Assembly (NCBI GenBank): GCA_027366615.1
Contig: DAHXNG010000030.1
Location: forward strand, 1 to 47,849
Source of the DNA: Nitrospirota bacterium
GTDB taxonomy: Bacteria > Nitrospirota > Leptospirillia > Leptospirillales > Leptospirillaceae
DNA: 47,849 nt
Direction: 5' to 3'
Numbering within the stretch: position 1 is the stretch's first letter; each line of letters begins with the position of its first letter. The notes under the pieces were generated by a model. It searched no databases and was not told where the DNA came from. It saw only the letters and a program-made list of their open reading frames with translations. Shown here one piece after another: positions 7,349-17,659 of this stretch. The translations under genes were made by a program, and so were the position numbers.

Positions 7349-8443
7349 CTAGACGTGAAAGCGGAAATAGACGACGTCACCGTCTTGAACGACATACTCT
7401 TTGCCCTCGAGGCGAAGGAGCCCCTTCTCCTTGACCGCCTTTTCCGAGCCCAGCCTGTCGAGATCCTCGTATCGCATGACCTCGGCCCTGATGAATCCCC
7501 GCTCGATGTCGGAGTGGATCTCTGCCGCCGCCTTGGGTGCGGTTGTTCCCTGGGGAACGGTCCAGGCGCGAACCTCGACCTCTCCCGCCGTCAGAAAGGT
7601 CACAAGCCCCAGAGAGCGGTAACCTTCCGTCACCAGACGATCAAGCCCCGAACGGTCGAGCCCCAGCTCCCGGAGAAAGGCGGCGCGCTCCTCTTCGGGA
7701 AGCTCCGCGATCTCCGCCTCCCATTTGGCACAGATCGGAATCAGGACCCCGCCCCTCTTCCCGATCGCCTCCTCAAGCTTTTTCACCCGCTCCGAGGGAG
7801 CGCGAACCTCCGTCTCCGCCACGTTGGCCACATAAAGGGCGGGCTTGTCGGTCAGGAGCCCGAGCCCCTTGCGAAAGCTCTCCGCCAGCGGGTCGGTGGC
7901 AACTCCAGAAGCCGGCCTTCCCTCTTCCAGTGCGGAAAGGATAGCCGTAAATGCGGGCTTCTGGACCTCTTGCTCCTTTGTGGCCGACTTCCACTGCTTC
8001 TCGAGCTTGGGGAGCCGGGCCGACAAGGAGGAGAGGTCGGAGAGCAAGAGCTCGGTCTCGATGACCTCGAGGTCGGAGAGAGGATTCACCTCCCCGTGCA
8101 CATGGGTGATATCTCCATCCTCGAATCCCCTGAGAACGTGCACGACGAGATCGACCGAACGAATGTGCCCCAGGAACTGGTTGCCCAGCCCTTCACCCTC
8201 GCTTGCCCCCTTCACAAGTCCAGCGATATCCACGAACTCGACGGTCGTGGGAACGGTCTTGCGGGTTTGATACATCGCCGAAAGACGTCCGAGCCGATGA
8301 TCCGGGACAGGAACGATCCCGGAATGGGGATCGATGGTGCAGAAGGGGTAGTTCGCCACGGGAACGGCCGAAGCCGTCAACGCATTAAAAAGAGTGGACT
8401 TCCCCACATTGGGAAGACCGACAATACCACAGGACAACCCCAC
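7349..8443 (-). CDS. ychF: Ribosome-binding ATPase YchF
   Basis: GIVGLPNVGKSTLFNALT P-loop and TGS-like C-terminus. Start set to the GTG at 8443, giving (M)GLSCGIVGLPNVGKS, 4 nt after the pth stop. This yields 364 aa, the typical YchF length. The long upstream part of ORF 7349..8788 overlaps pth. Confidence 0.9.
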   Translation of the reverse strand: MGLSCGIVGLPNVGKSTLFNALTASAVPVANYPFCTIDPHSGIVPVPDHRLGRLSAMYQTRKTVPTTVEFVDIAGLVKGASEGEGLGNQFLGHIRSVDLVVHVLRGFEDGDITHVHGEVNPLSDLEVIETELLLSDLSSLSARLPKLEKQWKSATKEQEVQKPAFTAILSALEEGRPASGVATDPLAESFRKGLGLLTDKPALYVANVAETEVRAPSERVKKLEEAIGKRGGVLIPICAKWEAEIAELPEEERAAFLRELGLDRSGLDRLVTEGYRSLGLVTFLTAGEVEVRAWTVPQGTTAPKAAAEIHSDIERGFIRAEVMRYEDLDRLGSEKAVKEKGLLRLEGKEYVVQDGDVVYFRFHV

Positions 8444-8447
8444 ACCA

Positions 8448-9002
8448 TCACCCCTTGACCTTCGACGATCGCGACTGAATCCACCGTTCCACCAGAAGGC
8501 CTCCGTTCTCGAGAAGCTCCGGAAGACGGAGCCGCTCCTCCCTGGTGAAGGGCGAAAGAACATACTGACTGATGTCGGCTCCCGGATAGAGGGGCCGACC
8601 GATACCAAACTTGACCCGGGCGATCGACTCCGATCCCGCGGCGGAAATAATCGAACGAAGCCCCCGCTGCCCCCCGCTTCCGCCCTTTTCCCGGAAACGG
8701 ACCATCCCGAAGGGCGTGTCGAGATCGTCGTGAAGCAGGAGCCATTCCGATGGGCTTTCGACTCCGTGCAGCCTGAGCCAGGGAACAACCCGGCCGCTCA
8801 GATTCATGAAGGTCTCAGGAAAGACGAGAAAGACTCTCTCCCCCAGCCAGTGGCCTTCACCGAAACGAATCTCCCCCTGCATTCTCCCCAGGGAGATCCC
8901 GGCAAGGGATGCGACATGGTCGAGAAGGATCTTTCCCGCATTGTGGCGGCTCCCCTCATAGTCGCTCCCCGGGTTTCCCAGGCCAATCACAGCCAGGGAC
9001 AC
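8448..9002 (-). CDS. pth: Peptidyl-tRNA hydrolase
   Basis: GLGNPG...Y..SRHN.G motif. GTG start preceded by GGGAGG. Confidence 0.93.
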   Translation of the reverse strand: MSLAVIGLGNPGSDYEGSRHNAGKILLDHVASLAGISLGRMQGEIRFGEGHWLGERVFLVFPETFMNLSGRVVPWLRLHGVESPSEWLLLHDDLDTPFGMVRFREKGGSGGQRGLRSIISAAGSESIARVKFGIGRPLYPGADISQYVLSPFTREERLRLPELLENGGLLVERWIQSRSSKVKG

Positions 9003-9015
9003 ACGTGCCTCCCGG

Positions 9016-9591
9016 CTAGGCTTCGGCCTTTGGCGGAATCACATGGAGAATGACCAAGCCGGGATCGTCGAGGACTGTGACTCCGGCCGGAAGGACCAGC
9101 TCACGGACATGCAACGTCTGGTTGATGTCGAGAGCCGAGCCATCGACCGTGATGTGATCCGGCATCTGGAAGGAGAGGCATTCCACATGGAGCTCGCGGT
9201 GGACGATATCGAGGATGCCGCCCTTTTTGACCCCTTCGGGGGCCGTTCCGATAACCTCGACCGGCACCTTGTTCCGGATCTTTGCCTTTTCGGAAACCTC
9301 AAGAAAGTCGACATGGAGGATTGTCCCAGTGATGGGGTCCCGCTGGATGTCGCGGACAAGGGTCAATGCCGTCCGATTCTTCTCCCCCCCCGTAATCTCG
9401 AGGTCGAAGAGACCGTTTCTTCCCGCATGGCCCTGCATCGCCTTTTCCACATCCTTGAGGAGGGCTGAAAGGGACTCTGCATTCCCGGAGCCGTATACCA
9501 CCGCCGGGATCTGACCGGCACGCCTGAGAGTCCTGGCCACGCCCTTCCCTGTAGACTCCCGAACCGAAACCTTGAGCTTGCTATGTTCCAC
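9016..9591 (-). CDS. rplY: 50S ribosomal protein L25 / general stress protein Ctc
   Basis: RE.TGKG.AR.LRR.G.IPAVVYG motif and a two-domain Ctc length. Start set to GTG 9591, preceded by AAGGAGGAACGT. Confidence 0.87.
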   Translation of the reverse strand: MEHSKLKVSVRESTGKGVARTLRRAGQIPAVVYGSGNAESLSALLKDVEKAMQGHAGRNGLFDLEITGGEKNRTALTLVRDIQRDPITGTILHVDFLEVSEKAKIRNKVPVEVIGTAPEGVKKGGILDIVHRELHVECLSFQMPDHITVDGSALDINQTLHVRELVLPAGVTVLDDPGLVILHVIPPKAEA

Positions 9592-9651
9592 ACGTTCCTC
9601 CTTGCATTGACTGTTCGAGACGACACGGCCCGTCAACGGACGGGCCCTCAT

Positions 9652-10593
9652 TTAAATAAACAGGGAACTGACCGATTCGTCGTCATGGATTCTCCGGATC
9701 GCCTCGCCCAGGAGAGGCGCAATGGAGTGGACCCGGATCTTCCGACACTGTTCATCCTTTCCCATTATGGGAATGGAGTTTGTAACAATGACCTCGTCGA
9801 TGACGGAGGCGTTGAGACGCTCGAGCGCCTTTCCCGAAAGGATCGGATGGGTCGCCACCGCGACAACCCTTTTGGCCCCGGCATCAATCGCCGCCTGGGC
9901 ACCCTGGGTGATCGTGCCCGCCGTATCGATCATGTCGTCGAGGATGAGCGCCGTCCTCCCGGCAACATCACCGATGATGTTCATGACCTGCGACTGGTTG
10001 GGACCTTCCCGCCGCTTGTCGATGATGGCAAGGGGCGCCTGGAGCCTCTTGGCGAAGACCCGGGAGCGCTCGACCCCACCGGCATCGGGGGAGAGGATGA
10101 CGATCGTTTCCTGGCTCGCGATCCTTCGAAGGGGCTCGATCAGCACCGGAGTCCCGTGGAGATGGTCCACTGGAATATTGAAGAAGCCCTGAAGCTGGCC
10201 CGTATGAAGGTCGAGTGTCAGGATGCGCGAAGCCCCAGCGGTCGTGATCAGGTCCGCCACAAGCTTTGCCGTGATGGGAACACGAGGCTGATCCTTCCTG
10301 TCCTGTCGGGCATAGGCATAGTAGGGAAGGACCGCCGTGATCCTCTGGGCCGATGCCCGCTTAACGGCATCGATCATGACCAGGAGCTCCATCAAATGAT
10401 TATTGACGGGGTGGGACAGCGACTGGATCAAAAAAACATCATTTCCCCGGACATTTTCATCGATCCTGACACGAATTTCCCCATCGGAAAAAGAGGAAAC
10501 TGTCGATGTACACAAGGAGAAGCCGAGGTATTCCACGATCTCCTGTGCCAGTGCAATATTGGCGTTTCCCGAAAAAACTTTAATCTCTCTCAC
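9652..10593 (-). CDS. prs: Ribose-phosphate pyrophosphokinase
   Basis: KVFSGNAN.ALAQEI N-terminus, and PRPP-binding loop ALILDDMIDTAGT. Start set to GTG 10593 (313 aa). The start position is moderately certain. Confidence 0.9.
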   Translation of the reverse strand: MREIKVFSGNANIALAQEIVEYLGFSLCTSTVSSFSDGEIRVRIDENVRGNDVFLIQSLSHPVNNHLMELLVMIDAVKRASAQRITAVLPYYAYARQDRKDQPRVPITAKLVADLITTAGASRILTLDLHTGQLQGFFNIPVDHLHGTPVLIEPLRRIASQETIVILSPDAGGVERSRVFAKRLQAPLAIIDKRREGPNQSQVMNIIGDVAGRTALILDDMIDTAGTITQGAQAAIDAGAKRVVAVATHPILSGKALERLNASVIDEVIVTNSIPIMGKDEQCRKIRVHSIAPLLGEAIRRIHDDESVSSLFI

Positions 10594-10661
10594 AACGGTA
10601 TCCTGTTCTCCCGGTAACCGGCCAAGCCGACCCCACAATCAAAAACGGTAAGAAGAAAATA

Positions 10662-10736
10662 TGGTTGGGGCGCCAGGATTCGAACCTGGGAATGCGAGAT
10701 CCAAAATCTCGTGACTTGCCGCTTGTCGACGCCCCA
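10662..10736 (-). tRNA. tRNA-Gln (anticodon UUG), CCA encoded
   Basis: Folded by hand. Acceptor TGGGGCG/CGCCCCA, anticodon stem CGAGA/TCTCG with loop TTTTGGA (anticodon TTG), T-arm CCAGG-TTCGAAT-CCTGG, and 3' ACCA. Confidence 0.92.
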
Positions 10737-10775
10737 GTCAGGCGAAATGACAAAAACTCCCGATTCCCGGAAAGG

Positions 10776-11678
10776 CTAAAAGGAGACGGGCGGATCCTCA
10801 AGGAAGGCATAGATACCGGACCATCCACCGAGGTCTGAAACAATCCTGCCGGAAAGAGACTGCCCTTCCTCCCGGCTGTCACAGCGCGCAAAGACGGTTG
10901 GACCAGATCCTGTCATCCGCACGTTCCCCGGCCGATACCGCTCAAGAAATTCTATGCCTTTAGATATTTGCGGGCAAATAGAAAGAGCCGGGGCCTCGAG
11001 ACTGTTAAGAAGTTTTCCGGACTTCAAAAGACTACCAATTTTAATAGAACGGTCCTCTTCTGTCAATTCGCAGGGTCCCTGCACCGGAAAGCTCCCCGGG
11101 TCCAGCGCCTTGTAGACGGCTGCCGTTGGCAGGGGAACCCCGGGGTTCCAGAGCAGAATCGTTCCCGGAGAAGGAGGAGGAAGAGCCACAAGCCGCTCCC
11201 CCCGGCCGACACCCATCGCTCTTGGCCCTCCAAGAAAGAAGGGCACGTCGGACCCCAGATCCCGGCAGATGGACTCCAGCTCTTCCCGTATCAGGGGACC
11301 TCCAAGAAGGCGATTGCCTCCCCAGAGAACGATGGCCGCGTTGGACGACCCTCCCCCCAACCCGGCTCCGACAGGAATATGCTTCTCGAGGTCGACGGCA
11401 AATCCTCCCGAAATCGTCTCCCCTTTCTCCATCGCCTTTTTCAAGAGCGCCTCAAGTGCCAGGACCACGAGGTTTTTTCGGGGGTCCCCATCGACAGGAC
11501 GGCCGGAAAGGGAGATGTGGACGCCCTCGGCCCTCGTCCGTTCAAGCTTCAGGTTGTCGTAGAGGTCAATCATCGCCATCTCTGTCAAAAGCTCGTGGTA
11601 GCCGTCTGTCCGGCGGCACAAGATGAGAAGGGAGAGGTTGATCTTGGCCGGACTTCTCAAATATAGCGTTTTTGACAT
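10776..11678 (-). CDS. ispE: 4-diphosphocytidyl-2-C-methyl-D-erythritol kinase
   Basis: PAKINL.L....R.DGYHEL and GHMP kinase motif PVGAGLGGGSSNAA. ATG 11678 shares 1 nt with the upstream stop (TGATG). Confidence 0.9.
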   Translation of the reverse strand: MSKTLYLRSPAKINLSLLILCRRTDGYHELLTEMAMIDLYDNLKLERTRAEGVHISLSGRPVDGDPRKNLVVLALEALLKKAMEKGETISGGFAVDLEKHIPVGAGLGGGSSNAAIVLWGGNRLLGGPLIREELESICRDLGSDVPFFLGGPRAMGVGRGERLVALPPPSPGTILLWNPGVPLPTAAVYKALDPGSFPVQGPCELTEEDRSIKIGSLLKSGKLLNSLEAPALSICPQISKGIEFLERYRPGNVRMTGSGPTVFARCDSREEGQSLSGRIVSDLGGWSGIYAFLEDPPVSF

Positions 11679-13072
11679 CACCTCCCCTTTTCCCTTTTCG
11701 AGTGAAGCGAGGGAAAGGTCTCCCCCAGCCACTGGCAAAACTCTCGTGCCGTCGAGGGCACAGCAACCGCCTCCCGATCGGTTTCCGCCGCAATATCCCC
11801 GATAGACCCGTCATCGACAAGGACCTCCGTCCCCTCCCGAAGGACCACGTCCGGGACAAGAAGAAGGGCGTCTGAGGGAAGCTCCGCCTTTTTTACCGCC
11901 CGGGAAATGTCTCCAGCCCCGAGAAGTCCCGCCACAGTGACAGACTCGCCCATCGCGAAATTTTCGACTCCCACCACCCGGACGCTTCCTTCCCGGACCT
12001 CCGATCCTTTTTCCCAGAGAGTCACAAGCTCGGACAGGGTGGAGCGAAAACCCATCCCGGTGACCAGTGCGAGGGGGCGGGGAAGAGATCCCGAGAGGCG
12101 ACGGATCCCGCCCTTCCACTGCTTCCGGAAGAGGGGAACCAGACCGACGCCGTTTCCCAACTGGGGAAGATCCCCGTACCGGGATAGGGAAGGAAAAGGT
12201 GTCTGTGCAATGATATACCACTCGTCTGAGGGGTAGATAAAAGGATCTCCCCACTTCTCCATGCCAACTTTCTGGAGTCCAACGATCTCTCGGATCATCC
12301 TTCCCGCAAACGCGCCATCAATAGGGGCAATGGGGGGCAGTCCTTCCCGGTGGGCGGTCAGGCCCACGGGAACCACCGCAAGAGAGGCCACGCGCGGGTA
12401 AAGGGCCGACAGATCCTCCCACGTCCTCCGTAATGCCTCCCCATCGTTCACCCCCGGCATGAGAACGATCTGGGTATGGAGGGTGATGCCTCCCTCGCAA
12501 AGTCTTCTCAGAAGGGGAATGACATCCGGCGCCCTGTCATTTTTGAGAATCACCCGGCGAAGAGCGGGGTCGGTGGCATGGACAGAGATATAAAGCGGGG
12601 AGAGGCGTTGTTCGAGGATCCGCAGGTAGTCTTTTTCGGTGAGGTTGGTGAGAGTTATGAAGTTCCCGTAGAGGAAACTGTACCGGTAGTCTTCGTCCCG
12701 GATATAGAGGGTCTTCCGGGCGCCTGAGGGCATCTGGTCGACAAAGCAGAAGGAGCAATCGTTCGGACAGCGCCGAATGGGCGGGGGATCGACCACGATC
12801 CCGAGGGAGTGGTCGGGATCCTTCCGGATACGAAGAGAGCGGCTTTCGGTCCCTCTCCTGTATCGGAGGCGGATCAGGGACTCAGCCTGAAAAAATTCAA
12901 GGTCGATGAGATCCCTGAGGGCGTTCCCGTTGATGTTCAGGACGCTGTCGTCAGGACGAAGACCGGCCTCCCATGCAGGACTCCCGTCTAGGACCTCCCG
13001 GACCCTAAGCCCCCGCGATTCCGGGCTGTCGAGACCCTCTCCGGTCCCATCAATCGATTCGGCCGATTCCAT
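11678..13072 (-). CDS. PDZ domain-containing radical-SAM-like protein (DUF512 family)
   Basis: N-terminal PDZ-like segment (GSPAWEAGLRPDD.VL.ING) followed by CPNDCSFCF and a long DUF512-like C-terminal region. Confidence 0.78.
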   Translation of the reverse strand: MESAESIDGTGEGLDSPESRGLRVREVLDGSPAWEAGLRPDDSVLNINGNALRDLIDLEFFQAESLIRLRYRRGTESRSLRIRKDPDHSLGIVVDPPPIRRCPNDCSFCFVDQMPSGARKTLYIRDEDYRYSFLYGNFITLTNLTEKDYLRILEQRLSPLYISVHATDPALRRVILKNDRAPDVIPLLRRLCEGGITLHTQIVLMPGVNDGEALRRTWEDLSALYPRVASLAVVPVGLTAHREGLPPIAPIDGAFAGRMIREIVGLQKVGMEKWGDPFIYPSDEWYIIAQTPFPSLSRYGDLPQLGNGVGLVPLFRKQWKGGIRRLSGSLPRPLALVTGMGFRSTLSELVTLWEKGSEVREGSVRVVGVENFAMGESVTVAGLLGAGDISRAVKKAELPSDALLLVPDVVLREGTEVLVDDGSIGDIAAETDREAVAVPSTAREFCQWLGETFPSLHSKREKGR

Positions 13073-13604
13073 TCTTGCCCTTCTGGACCCATGTCAGGCC
13101 CCTGTGGATGTAGTACCCCCCGGAAATCACCGACATGACGACCGCCCCCGTCTCAAGAAAGCGAAGAGCTCCGGGAAGAGGCATCCCGACAAGGGCCAGC
13201 GCCGCCGTTCCAAGATAGAAGACCTGGAAGCCGGTCGTCAGCTTCCCCAGAACATGCGGCTGGACGGGAATGGGACAGTCGATCAGCTTGAGAAGAAGCA
13301 CTCCGGAGATCAAGACGGCATCCCGCGCCACGAAAAGGATCACGACCCAGCGGGGAATAATCCCATAGATTCCCAGCGCCAGGGCCGACGAGGAGAGAAA
13401 GACCTTGTCGGCCACCGGATCGAGAATGATCCCCAGGTCGCTCCGCTGGTTGAGAATCCGGGCAAAAAATCCGTCAAGCCCATCGGTCAGCCCCCCCACG
13501 AAAAAGACCCAGAAGGCCCAGACCATGTTGCCATAGGCGACAAGGCCGAAGAAGACCGGGGCAAGAAGTATTCTGAGAACTGAAAGGACATTGGGAATCG
13601 TCAA
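13050..13604 (-). CDS. pgsA: CDP-diacylglycerol--glycerol-3-phosphate 3-phosphatidyltransferase
   Basis: CDP-alcohol phosphatidyltransferase motif DG.DG..AR......G..LDP.ADK and multiple TM helices. Confidence 0.87.
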   Translation of the reverse strand: MTIPNVLSVLRILLAPVFFGLVAYGNMVWAFWVFFVGGLTDGLDGFFARILNQRSDLGIILDPVADKVFLSSSALALGIYGIIPRWVVILFVARDAVLISGVLLLKLIDCPIPVQPHVLGKLTTGFQVFYLGTAALALVGMPLPGALRFLETGAVVMSVISGGYYIHRGLTWVQKGKNGIGRID

Positions 13605-13611
13605 ATTGGGA

Positions 13612-15015
13612 TCAGTACCCCTTCTGCTCGAGAAATGTCACCTGACTGCGAATCCAGGCCGACCCGTAGCCGCCTTCTATAGCCTGTCGACCGGCATGCA
13701 CCTCTCCGATAGGATTCCCCATGGCCCCGAGCGCCGTCATCCAGTCCCGGTATATCTCCACCGAGCGGACTCCCCGGGCCACAAAAAGGCGGGCCACCTT
13801 CTCCGCCCTCCCCCACTCGCCCTTCTGAAGCTCGCGCTCGATGACGGCATGCGCCAGGACAAGCGAAGGATGGGGCCCTTCCATCCAATTCCGGTCGATC
13901 TCCTTCCGAAACCACAGGTCAGCCTCGTCACCCCGACCCAGACCGACAAGAGCGGCATAGGTCTCCCGGACAAAGGGCGGATGGCCCGGGAGAGGGGGAT
14001 TCCTGCGCTTGTAGAGTCGGATGGTTGCAAGAGCCTTCGCATAGCGCTTATCCCGGAGATCCTGGTGGACAAGTCCCCGCCAGAACTCTCTGTCGTTCGG
14101 AAACAGCGAGATTCCCTCGAAGAGAAGGTTCCGCTCCCTTCCCGGATCGCGCGCATCCCTCTCATCCCGAATCATCCGGAGAAAAAGGCCGGCGGATATC
14201 CTCCTAAGCGCAATGGCTCTCTCCCCCACACTCATGGCCATCCTGGGTTTGCCAGCGCTCATTTCGAGGCGGTACAATGAGAAATAGAAAGAGTCGGGTT
14301 CCACCCGACCGGCATTAAAAGCCTCTTCGCCTTTTCTGAGAGCCAGGTCGGTCTTTCCCCGGGCCAGAAGATCGGCGATCTCGTCGGGGAGCTCCTTGCG
14401 AATCTTTCCTTTTGGGCGGGGTGCCATCCGAACCATCATCAGGGAGATCGCCCGATCGATTTGGGGCTCAAGGGCAAGAGGCACTCCCCGATCAAGAGGA
14501 AATCTCACCGAAACAGTCGTCTTCGGAAAAAGAGGCGAGACAGACCAGCGGGTCAAGACGAGAAGTCCACCGGGATGATCCCTGTCGTCGTCCTTCCTGA
14601 CGCGGGCCTCAAGGATAAATCCGCTCTTCCATGCGGCAGCCGCCCGGGCATAGCAGGGGAAGCTCTGGCAGATCTCCGTTACTTGGTTCCCCTGATACTT
14701 CCGGAGACGCTTTTCCAGGGCTTCGCCGAAGAGAACACGGCCTCCGTCGCGCCGGGCGTTGAAGAGATCCCCCAGATAGAGCGTCAGCGCATCACGATCC
14801 GGGATAAGCCCGTCCGGATCCGCGACCGGAACCAGAAGGCCCCTCTCCGCGCGATGGGGATGAAGGGCCCCTGACCCGGCACAGCCCGAAAGAAAAATAA
14901 GGGTGAGGGCCCCTCCGACGATAAGACTTCCAAGGGAAGCTCCTTCAGGGACGCGGCCCCCGAGAAAACCGGTTCGACTGGACCAAGACAACATCGATCC
15001 AATTTTGCCCGACAT
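13612..15015 (-). CDS. Putative lipoprotein with helical-repeat (TPR-like) C-terminal half
   Basis: Lipobox IFLSGC about 50 residues into the ORF. The C-terminal 250 aa are helical-repeat-like. No family recognised. The start is uncertain: ATG 15015, ATG 14994 or TTG 15051. Confidence 0.6.
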   Translation of the reverse strand: MSGKIGSMLSWSSRTGFLGGRVPEGASLGSLIVGGALTLIFLSGCAGSGALHPHRAERGLLVPVADPDGLIPDRDALTLYLGDLFNARRDGGRVLFGEALEKRLRKYQGNQVTEICQSFPCYARAAAAWKSGFILEARVRKDDDRDHPGGLLVLTRWSVSPLFPKTTVSVRFPLDRGVPLALEPQIDRAISLMMVRMAPRPKGKIRKELPDEIADLLARGKTDLALRKGEEAFNAGRVEPDSFYFSLYRLEMSAGKPRMAMSVGERAIALRRISAGLFLRMIRDERDARDPGRERNLLFEGISLFPNDREFWRGLVHQDLRDKRYAKALATIRLYKRRNPPLPGHPPFVRETYAALVGLGRGDEADLWFRKEIDRNWMEGPHPSLVLAHAVIERELQKGEWGRAEKVARLFVARGVRSVEIYRDWMTALGAMGNPIGEVHAGRQAIEGGYGSAWIRSQVTFLEQKGY

Positions 15016-15034
15016 AAAAGGAAGGACGCACCTC

Positions 15035-15670
15035 TTGAAATTCAAGATCAACTACACCCTCGCACTGATCGCACTGATCCTCATCATCATTGTCGTATCC
15101 ATCGGAAATCGCATCGCCACAAGCATGTACTACCTCAAGGGGTTCCACCTCATCGATACCGACTACCAGGTCACCCCTGGAACACAGACGATCGACGGCG
15201 TCACATTCACCCTGTCGTACATCCCCAAAAACTCTCCCTACTACAACTCTCTCGTAGCCGCAGAGTTCAACGCCTTCCTCGTCACGATCAGGAACGGAGG
15301 AGCAGACTACATCGACTTTGAGCCGATGAATTTTTTTCTGGAAAGGGGATCCAAAAAGATCGACCGGGCCATGAATGTCGACGAGGTTCAGGAGGGTCTC
15401 TCCAACGGCTTTATGGGATCGGCAAAACCCATTAGGATCGCACGAAAGCTCGTCGGAATGACCTATATCCCATCGGCCCGGGTCTTTCCGGGATATGAAA
15501 GGAGAGGCATTCTAGTCTTTCCAAGATTCATCAACAGCCCCGAACACTTTACCGTCAGGTTTGCCCACATGAGCCGGAAGACCGGCGACTTTCCCGATGT
15601 TCTCTTCAAGTTCGAAAAGGTCAAGGGGCAGCCGCCGGTCCCGGTTCCGCAAGCTTCAGGTGCCCGCTAG
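15035..15670 (+). CDS. Hypothetical membrane-anchored protein (beta-rich ectodomain)
   Basis: Part of ORF 14903..15670. TTG 15035 is preceded by AAAGGAAGGA (15017..15026) and gives (M)KFKINYTLALIALILIIIVV..., a single TM helix. Hand-counted G+C of 15061..15360 is 153/300 = 51%, clearly below the neighbours. Confidence 0.55.
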   Translation: MKFKINYTLALIALILIIIVVSIGNRIATSMYYLKGFHLIDTDYQVTPGTQTIDGVTFTLSYIPKNSPYYNSLVAAEFNAFLVTIRNGGADYIDFEPMNFFLERGSKKIDRAMNVDEVQEGLSNGFMGSAKPIRIARKLVGMTYIPSARVFPGYERRGILVFPRFINSPEHFTVRFAHMSRKTGDFPDVLFKFEKVKGQPPVPVPQASGAR

Positions 15671-15681
15671 GCAATCCCCCG

Positions 15682-16986
15682 TCAGGCGGAGAGCGTTCCC
15701 GGATCTTCCCCGGGGACAGGAGCGTCTTTTTTCTTTTCCCCCCAGATCAGCGTGGGAGTCTCCTTCTCCGTGATCGCCCCCTCGGTGACGACGACCTCCG
15801 AGAGATTCGACAGCGAGGGAATGTCGTACATCAGGTCGAGCATGACCTCTTCGAGGATCGCCCGCAAGCCACGGGCTCCGGTCTTTTGCGTATAGGCCTT
15901 GTGTGCCACCGCGCGCAGAGCCTCTTCGGTAAAACGAAGCTTCACCTTCTCAAGAGCAAAGAGCTTTTCGAACTGCTTGACCAGGGCATTCTTCGGCTGG
16001 GTCAATATCTGGAGGAAGGCCGCCTCGTCGAGATCCTCGAGGATCGCCATGACGGGGAAGCGGCCGATAAATTCCGGGATGATCCCGTACTTGAGAAGGT
16101 CGTCAGGACGTGCCTCCATAAACAACTTCCCGGAGAGGACGCGGTCCTGTGCCGGCTTCGCCTCTGCCCCGAATCCCATCGTCTTGCGTGCCAGCCTCTG
16201 CGAGATGATCGCATCAAGCCCGACGAACGCGCCGCCGCAAATAAAGAGAATATTCGTGGTGTCGACCTGGATGAACTCCTGATGGGGATGCTTTCGCCCC
16301 CCCTGGGGAGGAACATTGGCGACCGTCCCCTCGACAAGCTTCAAAAGGGCCTGCTGGACCCCCTCCCCCGAGACATCCCGGGTGATCGAGGGATTCTCCG
16401 ACTTCCGGCTGATCTTGTCGATCTCGTCGATATAGATAATCCCCCACTCCGCCTTCTCCACATCATAGTCGGCAGCCTGCAGGAGCTTGAGAATGATGTT
16501 CTCCACATCCTCTCCCACATAGCCGGCTTCCGTCAGGGTCGTAGCGTCTGCAATGGCAAAGGGAACGTCGAGGATACGGGCAAGCGTCTGCGCCAGAAGG
16601 GTCTTCCCTGTTCCCGTGGGTCCGAGCATGATGATATTGCCCTTCTGAAGCTCGACATCCTCGGAGATCTTGTTCGCCCGCGCCCGCTTGTAATGGTTGT
16701 AGACCGCGACGGAGAGGATCTTCTTCGCCTTGTCCTGTCCGATAATGTACTGATCAAGTGCCCGCTTGATCTCGACAGGCTTCATAAGATTGGGTGCCGC
16801 GACCTTTTCCGGTTCGGCCTCCCATGCCTCAGCAATGATGGCCGCGCATTGATCGATACACTCGTCGCAAATATAGACACCGGGCCCCGACACCAGCCGC
16901 CTCACATCCTCCCGCCGCTTGCCGCAGAATGAGCAGGCTATCCCCGAGTCGCCGGTTCCGTTTTTATCTTTTCGATCCTTCGCCAT
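15682..16986 (-). CDS. clpX: ATP-dependent Clp protease ATP-binding subunit ClpX
   Basis: Zinc ribbon CSFCGK...YICDECI, Walker A GPTGTGKT and IYIDEIDK. Confidence 0.96.
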   Translation of the reverse strand: MAKDRKDKNGTGDSGIACSFCGKRREDVRRLVSGPGVYICDECIDQCAAIIAEAWEAEPEKVAAPNLMKPVEIKRALDQYIIGQDKAKKILSVAVYNHYKRARANKISEDVELQKGNIIMLGPTGTGKTLLAQTLARILDVPFAIADATTLTEAGYVGEDVENIILKLLQAADYDVEKAEWGIIYIDEIDKISRKSENPSITRDVSGEGVQQALLKLVEGTVANVPPQGGRKHPHQEFIQVDTTNILFICGGAFVGLDAIISQRLARKTMGFGAEAKPAQDRVLSGKLFMEARPDDLLKYGIIPEFIGRFPVMAILEDLDEAAFLQILTQPKNALVKQFEKLFALEKVKLRFTEEALRAVAHKAYTQKTGARGLRAILEEVMLDLMYDIPSLSNLSEVVVTEGAITEKETPTLIWGEKKKDAPVPGEDPGTLSA

Positions 16987-17023
16987 ATCCCCCCCCGATT
17001 CTCTTGCCTTTGGCCTTTAATTC

Positions 17024-17638
17024 CTACTTTGATGCCTTGTCGACATCGATCCTGTGAGACGTGATGACCGCATCGATCAGACCATAATCCTTGGCCTCCG
17101 AAGCGGACATGAAATAGTCGCGATCCGTATCCTGTGCCACCTTTTCGACGGGCTGACCGCAATGGTCCGCCATCATCCGGTTCAAATCAGCCTTGAGCTT
17201 CAGGATCTCCCGGGCATGGATTTCGATATCGGTCGCCTGCCCCTGGAATCCCCCCATCGGCTGGTGAATCATGATCCTGGCATTGGGAAGGGCGGTACGC
17301 TTTCCCTTGGCCCCGGCCGAAAGAAGAAAGGCCCCCATGCTCGCGGCCTGCCCGATACAGATCGTCGCCACATCAGGCTTTATAAACTTGATCGTATCAT
17401 AGATCGCAAGCCCCGCAGTGACGATTCCCCCCGGAGAGTTGATATAGAGATTGATATCCTTCGTCGAATCTTCCGACTCGAGAAAGAGCATCTGGGCAAT
17501 GACGAGATTGGCCACATTGTCGTCGATCGGCGTTCCAAGGATGATAATCCTGTCGCGGAGAAGGCGCGAGTAGATATCGTAGGCCCGTTCTCCCCTGTTT
17601 GTCTGTTCCACAACCATTGGTATAAGCATCGAAAACAC
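17024..17638 (-). CDS. clpP: ATP-dependent Clp protease proteolytic subunit ClpP
   Basis: [14 protein letters not shown], active-site region GQAASMGA and IMIHQP. Confidence 0.96.
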   Translation of the reverse strand: MFSMLIPMVVEQTNRGERAYDIYSRLLRDRIIILGTPIDDNVANLVIAQMLFLESEDSTKDINLYINSPGGIVTAGLAIYDTIKFIKPDVATICIGQAASMGAFLLSAGAKGKRTALPNARIMIHQPMGGFQGQATDIEIHAREILKLKADLNRMMADHCGQPVEKVAQDTDRDYFMSASEAKDYGLIDAVITSHRIDVDKASK

Positions 17639-17659
17639 TCTCCCCGGCTAATGTGTAAG

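Noticed and set aside
8444-8788. 115-codon N-terminal extension of the ychF ORF, and similar extensions of the yggS (28137..28502), proC (27388..27489), murB (34226..34360), yggT (26534..27025) and DUF167 (25655..26245) ORFs.
   Set aside because: The extensions overlap the upstream conserved genes out of frame and are compositionally non-protein-like. Internal starts reproduce the canonical N-termini and lengths of each family.
10594-10775. tRNA-Gln as an integration hotspot for a genomic island.
   Set aside because: The tRNA sits between ispE and prs, a common conserved neighbourhood. There is no integrase, no duplicated tRNA 3' segment and no compositional break on either side.
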